Below are positions 13,401-23,400 of a stretch of 36,278 nucleotides of DNA, piece after piece. Source of the DNA: Psammoneis japonica (Eukaryota); contig QPGO01000377.1 in assembly GCA_008632985.1 (NCBI GenBank), positions 1 to 36,278 on the forward strand. The letters are read 5' to 3'. Made by a program: the position numbers and the translations under genes. Position 1 is the first letter of the stretch. Each line of letters begins with the position of its first letter. Under the pieces are notes generated by a model. That model was not told the origin of the DNA and did not search any database. It was given only the letters and a program-made list of their open reading frames with translations.

Positions 13401-14300
13401 CAAAAACTGTGTTGTTGTGTTGCATTTTGGCTTGGCTGAAACTTTGTCATTTTGCTGGGATTTCAAATCTTTGCTGTTGCCTCCTGCACATTCCAGAAAC
13501 ATCATTGTCATTTTTTGACATCCATTTCGAATTGTGTTCTTATTTGGGATGCAATGTTTTCAATGAATCCAATTTTGAACAATTGCAATTGCCGTCCATT
13601 TAAAGTTGGATAACTTTTGAAATTTGTGTTTGTTTTTGGCACAGTGCACCGCAATTCACATGATGACATCACATGCACAAAGTCAGATGACACCTGTGCT
13701 ATCCATTCAACAGCACAGCAGTACAAGCGTCCTTCTGTGGTGTGACATCACCAATGCAAAGTCAGAATTTCTCTGATTTTTGTATGCATTTGCGTCTCCC
13801 TTGATGCACGTCAAAAATGGGAAGTCAGATTTTTTGTTGCTGTGCACTTTACAACTGCGAATTGCATGGGTTGTGAACACACAATGTTGAGAGCAACAAC
13901 AAGCAAAAATGCCAACAATGACTTGGCTGTGTCCACAATGAAATTTAAATTCATCCTAAAAAATCTAGCAGGCATGGAATCATAAGACTTGCACATCAAA
14001 GATGGAGTGCACATCCTTGGAGACATTAGCAAGTTGATGCTGAGTGCAAGAAAGAATGGGAGTTCCCATTCACCATCAGAGGCTTGTCATGTGAGGAAAA
14101 GACTATACCTGCACTGTGCATCCTTCCAGCATGGCCTTGTTAAAAATGTTCGAACACCACAATGGTGAAGTCACACACTGCAACAAAACAAATGATGCCA
14201 TGGGCAACTTGGTTTGCAAGGACAACTTGGTTTTTCTTTTGTGGGGTGGAGACGAAGATTACATCCTTGACCACCCTGATGTCCCATGAACCTGCCATTT
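10500..14300 (-). mobile_element. Degenerate DDE transposase gene (Sola2-like) with C-terminal chromodomain and PHD finger
   Basis: Relic motifs in order on the minus strand: (Q)DEFKFHCGHSQV ~13930-13960; FLECAGG ~13480-13500; HGTG.WD...FGG...IKR ~13270-13345; RKKHS...THCCGHCL ~12735-12845; 20-aa repeats; Lys-rich linker; chromodomain VKALLRCRKRQNKHLVLWVTNQKMWEPEENIGKELVEE ~11045-11165; PHD-like CCAC...CVNCGNKCHKTC...CFGC ~10860-10985. Confidence 0.45.
12100..12425. repeat. 60-bp minisatellite (~5.5 copies) encoding 20-aa repeats on the minus strand
   Basis: Period-60 units TTGGAAYRGTGTTYRAATCTYGGYGYRCTGTCCAGYMGTTGTT...; they translate as WT..xDxNTxPT...ANN in ORF 12044-12994. Confidence 0.9.
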
Positions 14301-15770
14301 CAAAAGTGCCGAATTAGTTAGAGTTGAAGCATCAACCATTCATGGCTGAAGAATGGGCACACATGAGACCTGTGGCATGGTGGGTCCGAGACTGTGGCAA
14401 TGACCTTGTCCCTGATAAAGACCAAGAAGTCAAGGACCGTCTGTGTGGCAATGTCAAGGACCATCTGTGCGGCAATGAACCCAACAACCTAGCCTGAGTT
14501 GCTTGATTGTAAGATTAATTTGTACAGTTCTTTACACTAATGGGTTTAGCAAAATCTGACCACAAAGCACCAATGGGGGAGTGGGGCTGGTGGACACCAA
14601 ATTGAGGTGACAACTTGTCTTCACAGACAACCCCGGTTGTTGGGAAGGCTGTGGTTTGTGCAGCAGAATCACTGGCCATTCGACGCAAACTGTAAATTAA
14701 CAATTATCAACTGCTTCATTGGTTGGGAAGGTTAGCCACATCTTTGTCCAAAATTGCAAGGACAAAATGGGTGTACCGTCCCTCTCCAGAAAAATCAATC
14801 TGGTCATCAAACAATCTTGTTGCATGACACACACACCCAACAAATTGTTTCAAATGCTCTTGATGTAGTCGCTCTTTCTGGAACACATCATCCTCCCCCA
14901 CAAACAGATCCATGGTCCAGCAGTTGATTACTTCTGGAATCAAATCAAAGAGCTCCATCTCTCTGCAATGGAATGAATGTGATCTCAATGCTGGATGAAC
15001 TCCACATTGGAACAATTCCACTAACTTCTTTGCTTCAAAAAGGATGCCATTGATGTCCATGACTAGTCCATGACAAGTGCCCAGGAGGAAGGTCTCCTTG
15101 GTCTTGACAAGCTTCACAAGGGGGCTGCATGCCCCATTGTTGTCCATGCCACATGTGGGCAAGCCAGATCTTGACTTGCACCCAATGTCTTGGATGTCAT
15201 CCTTGCTGAAGACCAACTGCCACTTGTCCCCCAACAAACTAGCAATGCAATGATCCCCAATGCACTTCTCTGCACTGTGTCATTGATGAGGACAGTGTGT
15301 TCTGCCTTGCCTTGAGGCTCGGCATCCAAAAATTTGCCAACAGTCTTTTGTCTTTGTCGCTTCATGGGCTCACAACTTCACATTTGTGTGCAACTCTCTA
15401 ATCATCATGGATGGAGAACATCTTTGTAATGGTGAACACTTGCTTCTGTTGTCTCCTCACTCCACCCGGCCATGTCTTCATGGACTTCTGACATTGTCTT
15501 GTGCCTGCAATGCCAGAGCTGCCTCCAAAGGCCCAAGTCTGGTGGGTGCCCCCAATGAGACAGTGGTGCATAGTCAGAGTCTTCTTCCTTCATCACCACG
15601 AGATCATCCAACACATGTTGTAGTTGGCAATGTCAAGCCATGCTTGGCCAACCGCACTTGCATTGTGGCCCTCACGGTGATTGCCCTGTGAGTTTCCGTG
15701 AGGGGCCACATTCCTGTTGGAATTGTTGCCTTTAAAAAGAGACACTGAGACATTCAATGTAAACAGTTCA

Positions 15771-15972
15771 GCAAAGTGATCCAGTTTTTGGGCCATTTCC
15801 TTCCCAACCAATTCCTTCACAAACTCCCATTGTTGTCTCAAACGTTCCTGCGTGCCAACATGCAAATTAAAGCAAAGTGATCCAGTTTTTGGGCCATTTG
15901 CTTTCCAACCAATTCCTTTGCAAACTCCCATTGTTTTTTCAAACGTTCCGGCATGCCAACATGCAAATTAGA
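15771..15972 (+). repeat. Tandem duplication, 101 bp x2
   Basis: GCAAAGTGATCCAGTTTTTGGGCCATTT... begins at 15771 and 15872. Confidence 0.95.
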
Positions 15973-16188
15973 GGACTTGTGTCCATGGCACATGATGATC
16001 TGGGGTCATTCTGACGACGTAAAAGTGCGTGGATTCCCAAGAGAGATTCGAAAGTCCTCGGAAAGTTGCAGCTGTTGGCCTTGTTGCATGCCTTTGCACT
16101 TTTAGGAGCATAACCCCAAGACTCACTGAGCACACTGTGCAATGGATCCACCTTTTTGTCTTTGAAATGCTGGTGAAGATGTGGCAGC

Positions 16189-16336
16189 AAAAAAAGACAG
16201 ATCTAAATTTAAAGTGCTATCACTCCTTTGCCAGCTATGCCGGCACTGGCTGACCCACACCCCCAGCACACAGTTAAGTGTGGCAGGAGCTTGCACGGGA
16301 TTAGCCGGAATTGGTGTCACCAGAAGGTGACACCCC
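16189..16336 (-). ncRNA. Conserved structured 3'-terminal RNA module, copy in the SINE-like element
   Basis: 24-nt perfect identity (16214-16237 vs 31220-31243) within a ~150-nt homology. Stems GGUGUCACC/GGUGACACC, CCACAC/GUGUGG and CUCCU-GCC/GGC-AA-AGGAG. Ends in a U-run. Confidence 0.55.
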
Positions 16337-16518
16337 ACCAAGATAACTGAAAAGGACTGATTCACATGAGGGATTTATTGCATGCTTGTTGATGACAGCC
16401 ACAGAAGGCACACCACAACTGCAACAGACAATTGCGTTCGGATAGGTTCTTAAAATAGTCCACAAAAGGAGCCTTGAAGGTAAGACGAGCAGGTCATCAG
16501 AGAAAATATTCATGGCAT

Positions 16519-16933
16519 GTAGAAACAATAATGTGTCTTTCATAGAAAAGCCGATGGGAGCAGCAAACCAAAGACAATCAAATGGCACCACAGGATGACT
16601 CGCATTCTTGCCGAAAAGGGCCGCAACAGAAGCAGCAGCACATTCACCACAAAGAGTGAAGTACTTGATTGCACGGTAGAGAAAAAGAATGCTGAAGACC
16701 GATTGGCAAGAAGTGACAGGTAAATTGTCAGTGGTAACACGTAGAAACAACACCAGATCTTGCGTAGAAGAACCGATGGGAGTAGCAAATTGACGACAAT
16801 CAAATGACTCCGAAGGACAACTGACATTCTTGCTGAAACGGGCCGCAACAGAATTAGCACTTGCACCACAAAGAGTGAAGGACTGGATTGCACGGTAAGG
16901 AAAGGAAGTAGCATTGAAGACCAATTGGCAAGG
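16519..16933. repeat. Internal diverged tandem repeat (~222 bp x2) of the SINE-like element
   Basis: GTAGAAACAA...CCGATGGGAG...GGGCCGCAACAGAA...CACCACAAAGAGTGAAG...TGAAGACC.ATTGGCAAG begins at 16519 and 16741. Confidence 0.9.
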
Positions 16934-16965
16934 ATAAAAGTAGGCCAGAGAAGTGACATGTAGAT

Positions 16966-17216
16966 TCATCGTGGGACCCCACAAATACGGAGGGACCCGC
17001 AACCCGGAAATGTGTAGAGTTCTACGTGAATGTATGGGGACTGTTCACGTAGGTTTTGTACCAGAGCTATCTCGCGAACTAGGCGTTTTTTCGGATTTTT
17101 GTCGTAGAAACTGTACCAGTTTTGCGTATGTAGGCTACATGTTTCAGTACCACATACAAAAATTCGCGTAGAGCTCTACAGGAGGGTCCCTCCGTATTTG
17201 TGGGGTCTCACGATGA
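16966..17216. mobile_element. 251-bp MITE with 33-bp TIRs and 4-bp TSD (AGAT)
   Basis: TIR TCATCGTGRGACCCCACAAATACGGAGGGACCC with 1 mismatch. AGAT at 16962-16965 and 17217-17220. Empty site CATGT-AGAT-CGTCAGC in the paralog at 23086-23101. Subterminal inverted repeat TGTAGAGYTCTACGYGAAT. Confidence 0.95.
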
Positions 17217-18784
17217 AGATCGTCAGCAGCATCTGCGGATCCGCGTAGAATTTGTACTAGAACCTGTGTAGAAAATTTTCTGAGACAACAGAAAATTACG
17301 AGAAATAACAACCAGCATACGAACCAACAGGCCGCAACACTCGTCGTTTTCCACTGATGAACTTTGCTCATCATGCTGTAATGAGGATGTACCATTGGTA
17401 AACGGGGACAAAATGGGCTTGTTGGAGCCAAAACAACACCGTCTGAGAATGGCAACATCAGCACGAGAACTCGCGTAGTAGAAACACACGCAGGAGGTTG
17501 CTAGTGGGAGCTTACGTAAAAGAGTGAAGATGTGGCAGCAGTTTTCCCATAAGATCATAAAGGCAGTAAGTGGCAGGCATTTCTCCATCTATCATCATTT
17601 TGGTGGCAGTAAACAGACAAATGGGCAAGGTTGGATCAGCTTGGTCAGGTTCACAGTCACTCTCTCTTCAACGGCAGATAACTGGAATCCCACGTAAGCT
17701 TTCATTTTGAATGAAACAGTTGAATTTGTCATTGCTGTGGTGACCCTGCATTGCTTTTTTCAACCACCATGCAATGTGGACACTTGTTTCAGGCTTTTCA
17801 AGTCTGATGACACAGGCAACCATTTTGGGTCCTGCAAAACAAGATTTGTTTAATGCACTTGTTGTTAACTCTGTCAATTTCCTTCAGTGCAATGAGTTTC
17901 ATCCCACCCATGGATAAGTCAGTTGGCATTGCAAAGCTGCTCCAGAATTGCCTGTTTTTTCCTTTGTAATTCGTTCGTGGATACCCTGCCAGGGTTTGCC
18001 AGGCATTTCTGAAGGACATGGACGGTCCTTTCCTCCATGGAAGTGAAAGTGTCGTCACAATCAGAGCACAAAAAATGTTGGCATTGTTACCTTCTGGGGA
18101 GCACGGCAGAGGCACCCTTGGCTTGATCACGGATGGGTCCATGTTGGAGTGCCCATCATCAAACAAGACATGGGCATTTATTGTGGCATTGTCGATGTCA
18201 GCAAACTTTCTTTTGCGGAGAGTAGATGGGCGTAGCTGGTGGGATTTGGAGAAGAAACATTGTGGGTAACTATCCGCTTCATTGTTCAATGTGGTTTTGT
18301 GAGACTCTTGCAGACCCAATTGCCACTGGGCAAGGCAGTGGCTGAAATGCCAAATCCTGCAGGGTCAAGTGGCTTGCTTTGTTTTGGATGAGAATGCATG
18401 TTTTGGGTTTTTATTGCATTCGTGGAAGGGAATTTTCTCTGCAACTTAATGAACCTAATCTGAGTAACATTGCCCAAGGTAGAGAGGTCAGAAGTAAGTC
18501 AGCCAAGTGGAACACCAATTTTGGCAAGAACGCCATTTGACATGATTTCCCAGCTCAGGAATTCCTTGAACGATTCGGTGTTGTCATTGTCCGAGCAATG
18601 ACGCTTCCACAGATCAGTGCCAGCAAACAATTAAACCTCCAATGCATCCTCGTGGGTGACATGCAACCAATGGCATTAGACTTTGGAAAGATGTTTTCGA
18701 AGACACATGTTGCTGTGGATAGAGTGAGACAGTGGACCATGGCGACTCAGGAAAGGGTTTTGGCTTGTGGTCAGCCAGGAGAAG

Positions 18785-18801
18785 GAGAGAGAGAGAGAGA
18801 G
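18785..18801 (+). repeat. (GA)n microsatellite
   Basis: About eight consecutive GA units. Confidence 0.85.
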
Positions 18802-20481
18802 CAATGTTGGCAGTTGAGTTGTCCAGGGAATCTGTTGTTGGTGACAATGGAGGAGGACTGTCAAGGGCAGGTTGCGATGACACATCTGAACTAACGTCAG
18901 GGACATTGGCAACAACCGGTAGTTCGGGAGACTGTTCTGGAGTCAGTGTTGAGCTGTGGGAGCAGTCATCACAGGCTGGCAAAGAGCATTCTGGTGAAAT
19001 GCCAGTGTCTGCAGAATCAGCTTGAAGTTTGGGAGTGTGCTCTGGAGTCATTGGCATGGCAGGAGGGCTGTTGGAGTCAGCTTGGAATTTGGGAGTGTGC
19101 TCTGGAGTTGTTGGTGTTGGCATGCCGGCATGGCTGTCATGAGAAAAGTTGCCAACGTCTGGGGCCAGCACTTCTTGACAATGCAAAGGGGAGTTGTTCA
19201 TGTTGTCCAAAGGAACAGGGGGATTCTTTTTCCAACATTTAGAAGCACAAAAATCAGTGCAAGCAGCATCAATGCCATTAGGAATGGCTGCATTTTTTCC
19301 AAATAATGCACCACCCGACAAGCCACACGAGCGTCTTCAACACATTGTGGATGCTGCCACCACCGCGAGGTGCCAGATGTTGCAATTGCAAAATCTCACT
19401 TGAATTTTTCCTGTTTGATTCTCAATCAATGCTTGCGGTGATGCTTTGCATTGTGAGCTTCTTTGCCTTTGTGACACGTTGCGATGGAGTCCCTGCATGC
19501 AAAGGACAGTTCTCATGTTTGACATTTCCATTGGACTTCTCAGAGCAAAGGACTTTTCCTGTCTTTTTGTTCTCACAGCATTTCTTTTGAGATTTGTTGT
19601 TGCACAGATGTTTGTCCTCATCCTCAAGAGCAGCAATTTCCTCTAGCATTAGAGGAGGACAATCGCATGCATCATTTAAAAAATCAGTGATTTTTTCTGG
19701 CATTGGAGAAGGAGAATCGTGTGGCCTCTTGAAGTGCTCAGATTCAGAAACATCTTTGAACATTGTGGCCTGGATGCCTGCCGTTTGGACAGACCGTGAA
19801 TTTCCAAAGCCTGAGCAAAGAGATGGCCTTGGGTGGGAGGAGCCATTGTGAAAACAAAAAATGGAGGTGAAAGTGCATTGCAATCAAAGTGTGCACTGTT
19901 GGCAAGGTGTGAACTGTCACAAAAAAACAGACACAATGAGCATGAAGAGCAACGGTGTGTGTGTGGAAATGACAATGGAACAAAACGGTGCAGTTATGAA
20001 ACACAGGGGATTCTGACCTTACATCATGACGTATCACTGTCAAGCAAGAATCTGACAAGGCGGTCATGATGTCATCTCATGATGTTTCACCATGTGGCAA
20101 GAATCTGACATGGCATGTTGAAATGGGGGAGAAGTGATCGCCAAGTGCCTGGGTTTCATTGCAATCAACAAGCCATGAAAACTCTCATCTACAATGAGGG
20201 CATGCCAATCTAAATGTCCAGACAGGAACACAACAAAACATGGCTGTTAATTTAAAAAAGTCTTGTGTGACATGGTCAAGAAGTGGAGGGACATCAACAC
20301 AAGGGAGGTTCCGGGGCAAAGTCACTTGAGGTGGTGCACACCTAACATGGAAACCCAACACGAGGGACTCCCTTGAGATTGAGTCCCTTGCCATGGAAAA
20401 AACACCCTCAAGCTGTGCAAAGTCTGGTGAAACCCACATCCTGTGTGTCCCAAACAACTGTTGTTCTTTTGACAAAAATGA

Positions 20482-20941
20482 CATAAGCAGTGATCACCTC
20501 CATTTTGTGGGGAAAAACCGTTAAATAATTTAGTGGATGGATGTGTTTCAATGATCATATCTCTCCCTCAAACACCATCATCCGAATAAACCCTCAGTGT
20601 CTTACCCCCCTTTGATGTATGAGGAATTCGCTTCTGCTGTTCCTTTTCTCCAAAAATGCAATTTTTGAGACCATTAAATAATTTAGTGGACACATGTTTC
20701 AATGATCATATTTCTCCCTCAAACACTGTCATCCGAACAAACCCTCAGTGTCTTACCCCCCTTTTGACACACAAGAAATTTGCTTCTGCTGTTCCTTTTC
20801 TTTGAAAATGTGATTTGAGAAAAAAGCCGTATGTTCGGATGACAGTGTTTGAGGGAGAGATACTTTGATCATTGAAACACATCTATCCACTAAATTATTT
20901 AACGGTTTTTTCCCACATAATGGAGGTGATTACTGCTTATG
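20482..20941. mobile_element. 460-bp foldback/MITE with ~105-bp TIRs and an internal 153-bp tandem duplication
   Basis: CATAAGCAGTGATCACCTCCATT...CATCCGAA (20482-20585) is the reverse complement of ~20834-20941. 20518-20670 is duplicated at 20671-20820. TA dinucleotides at both ends are compatible with a TA target duplication. Confidence 0.9.
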
Positions 20942-21049
20942 GGATCTGATCAGCCCATGGTGCCAGTCAGTTTATAATTCTATTGTTGTAGCATTCATGC
21001 CATGTTAGTTGGCACAGCATGTAGAATGCATGTGGACCACCTCTCAAAA

Positions 21050-22260
21050 GTCAAATTCTGCAAATTTTCTCTCAGATCTTTGATGAATCTCCTCTTAAAT
21101 GGGTCCATGTGGAATTTCAACACATTGTCACATTGCAGATGGCAGCTGTTCCTTCAGACAAAGATTTACTGTGGCAAGCTTGCAGTGTGAACTTGGCTGT
21201 TCAGCATCAGTGCCTGTTGTGAATGAAGGATTCCAGTCAATTGAGACATCACAATTGTGGAGTCTGATGCTGACATTGCCAAAATGGTAAAGTGCATGGC
21301 ATCTTAATGTGGAAGGTTGAGTTGTTGTTTCAGATTGAAAGGATACAGGCTTCTTTGGTGTGATGGGTTCATGATCTTCAGCATCATGGAAACAAATCAG
21401 TGTGGCTGCAGATGCCACAAAGGACATTCTGGCCATCACCAGTCAGCCCAATCTTGTCAAAAAGGAAAGTGCAACTGCAATTGTCAACAACTTGGCAAAA
21501 TTTGAGCCTGCTAATTATTACTTGCATGAAGATGCATTCTTGGATCTGTTGTTGCAAAAGTTGGGAGCACAAAAGGCACCTTTGCATCATGCTGTTTGCA
21601 CTGCTGATGCACCAGATGAATTTGTTGCTCATGATGAGCATCACATGCATGAGTTGCCATTGGAAGGATTGGCACTCAGGGAAGACAATCATCAGGTTCA
21701 TTGCACATTGAAAGAGGATTTGGTTAATGCCCCTGGATGGGCTTGGATTTCTGAGTTCAATGCAGCATGATGCATTTTGGTCTTGGGACAACCATTGCAA
21801 TGGTGGCAAAGGAGAACTCAATGAGTGCACTGCTCTGGCAAAAAGCATCACCAAACAGTTCATCACATCAATGAGAGGGTGCATCCATTTGAGACTCTTG
21901 CAGAGAAACTTACAAAGTCATTTGTAACTCTTGTGTCCCAACTGGAAATGTTTCAAACATCAGAGGAGGTTGAAGCTTTGTAGAACTGAATCCAGACTGT
22001 TGACCCCAAACTTGTAGATTGCAAGGCCATCATCAGTGAGATGCATGGAAGAGATTTTGCAGGAGCATGTGTGTGTTTCTCATCCCAAGTGTCTTGCTTG
22101 CATGGTGGAGCACAACTGGAAACTCATCATTTTTTCAGAGAAAGATTTCAGAGACAAGCCGAGGTAGACCTGGTCATGTTGGACAATGTGGAGGATGATT
22201 CTATGGAAGTGGCAGAGGTGGTTGAGGAGCTGGAAGAGATGGTGGGTCTGATCCAACCAA
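21050..22260 (+). mobile_element. Ty1/Copia-type gag relic
   Basis: APLHHAV...PDEF...HELPLEGLALREDNHQVHCTLKEDLVNAPGWAWISEF, then DH.NG.GE and HGRDF...FSSQV; matches the PL.G..F..DN..V...LK...GW.WI...HY.G pattern of Copia gag. Many expected Tyr appear as His or Cys. Confidence 0.6.
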
Positions 22261-22652
22261 TCCATTTCAGCAAGCAAGTGGGAATGTCTGTTGTGTGATG
22301 GGCTTGTTGACAGAAATTGAAGATGACTGGGTGGAAGAAAGCAATAACTCCTTACTGCTGTCTAAATAGCAGATATGAGTCTCCGTGCAGAGACCGTTAC
22401 AGGAGCCGAAAGACTGGCGTTGTGATGTTGGTGCTACTGTTGTTATTCTTGTGAGCCGAGTGGCTCGAAAGCAAACTACATCACGTGACGCACGCGGAAC
22501 TAAGAGCACACATAATTGTGTGTGATAAACTAAAATCCTGTTCAAATCCTGTCACTTGTGTTCATGCACTGCAAGCTCATGATGGGGATGAACAACACTG
22601 GATGAGGACATGGCGGGGGTTGGTTTGGTGGTCATGGCAATGGGGGCACCAA

Positions 22653-22928
22653 CTCCTCACAGATTAACTTGGTCCTGTCACAGATTAACTTTTTTTATGG
22701 AATCTTGCTCAGTCACACCGCTGCCTTTAATCATCCCAAACTGGATGTTTGCTAAAAGTCTCACTCCCTGGCCCCTAACCTAAACCCTAAACCCTAACCC
22801 TGACCATGCAAAACTGTTTTTTCTAAATGCTGGGATGTAGAAGAGTCACAAATTCGTGTATGTTGTTTTAGTCATGGATTCCTATTTTTGGCTTAATCTG
22901 TGACAGGCACAAATTAATCTGTCAGGGG
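22653..22928. mobile_element. ~275-bp MITE-like element with bipartite TIRs and internal telomere-like repeats
   Basis: Left CCTCACAGATTAACTTGGTCCTGTCACAGATTAA is inversely repeated as TTAATCTGTGACAGGCACAAATTAATCTGTCAGG. CCCTAA/CCCTAAA units at 22773-22803. Confidence 0.75.
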
Positions 22929-22939
22929 TATTTTTTCTC

Positions 22940-23400
22940 CCAAGGACAACTAACATTCTTGCTGAAAAGGGCCGCAACAGAAGCAGCACTTTCACCACAA
23001 AGAGTGAAGGACTTGATTGCACAGTGAGGAAAAGAAGCAGTGTTGAAGACTGATTGGCAAGGATAAAAGCAGTCTGGAGATGTGACATGTAGATCGTCAG
23101 CAGCATCTGCGGATCCACGTAGAATTTGTACTAGAACCTGTGTAGAATATTTTCTGGACAACAGAAAATTAGGAGAAATAACAACCAGCATACGAACCAA
23201 CAGGCCGCGACACTCGTCGTTGTCCACTGATGAACATTGCTCATCATGCTGTAATAAGGATGTACGATTGGTAAACGTGGACAGAATGGGTTTGTTGGAG
23301 CCAAATCAACACCGTCTGAGAAAGGCGACATCATCAGTGCAAGAAGGTATGTAGAAACCCACGTAGAAGCTGAGGGCGTGTAGCTCCTGACATCAAAAAG
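22940..23400 (-). mobile_element. Truncated second copy (5' portion) of the SINE-like element
   Basis: Aligns with 16811-16965 plus 17221-17523 without the MITE. Homology ends near the same terminus as the full copy. Confidence 0.9.

Larger units (their letters stand above)
16190..17523 (-). mobile_element. Non-autonomous non-LTR (SINE-like) retroelement with 17-bp target-site duplication
   Basis: Perfect direct repeat GTGAAGATGTGGCAGCA at 16173-16189 and 17524-17540. Terminal ~150 nt homologous to the 3' end of the LINE (31196-31340). Related partial copy at 22940-23400. No recognisable protein domain. Confidence 0.85.
14716..19850 (-). pseudogene. Long degenerate ORF of unknown function (probably TE-borne), interrupted by the 16190-17523 insertion
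   Basis: Chain of minus-strand ORF fragments (19422-19883, 18614-19321, 17798-18319, 15939-16190, 15593-15931, 14716-15237). Removing the insertion and one TSD copy gives continuous CLYDLMGKLLPHLHQHFKDKK. Confidence 0.45.

Noticed and set aside
15593..16050. TET/JBP-like 2OG-Fe(II) dioxygenase motif (VAPHGNSQGNHREGHN; RRQNDPR) in the long degenerate ORF
   Set aside because: The HxD motif reads H-G-N, which CG/TA decay does not explain, and no distal His/Arg motif is recognisable. The segment also overlaps a DNA inverted repeat (15664-15710). Needs HMM evidence.
16301..17002. 233-aa ORF as the protein of the SINE-like element
   Set aside because: Its start lies inside the later-inserted MITE, it spans a tandem repeat, and it has no recognisable domain.
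17345..17400. Hammerhead ribozyme at CTGATGA (also ~23227)
   Set aside because: No stem II followed by GAAA in either copy.
22773..22803. True telomere or chromosome fusion site
   Set aside because: Only about five imperfect units in one orientation, enclosed by TIRs.
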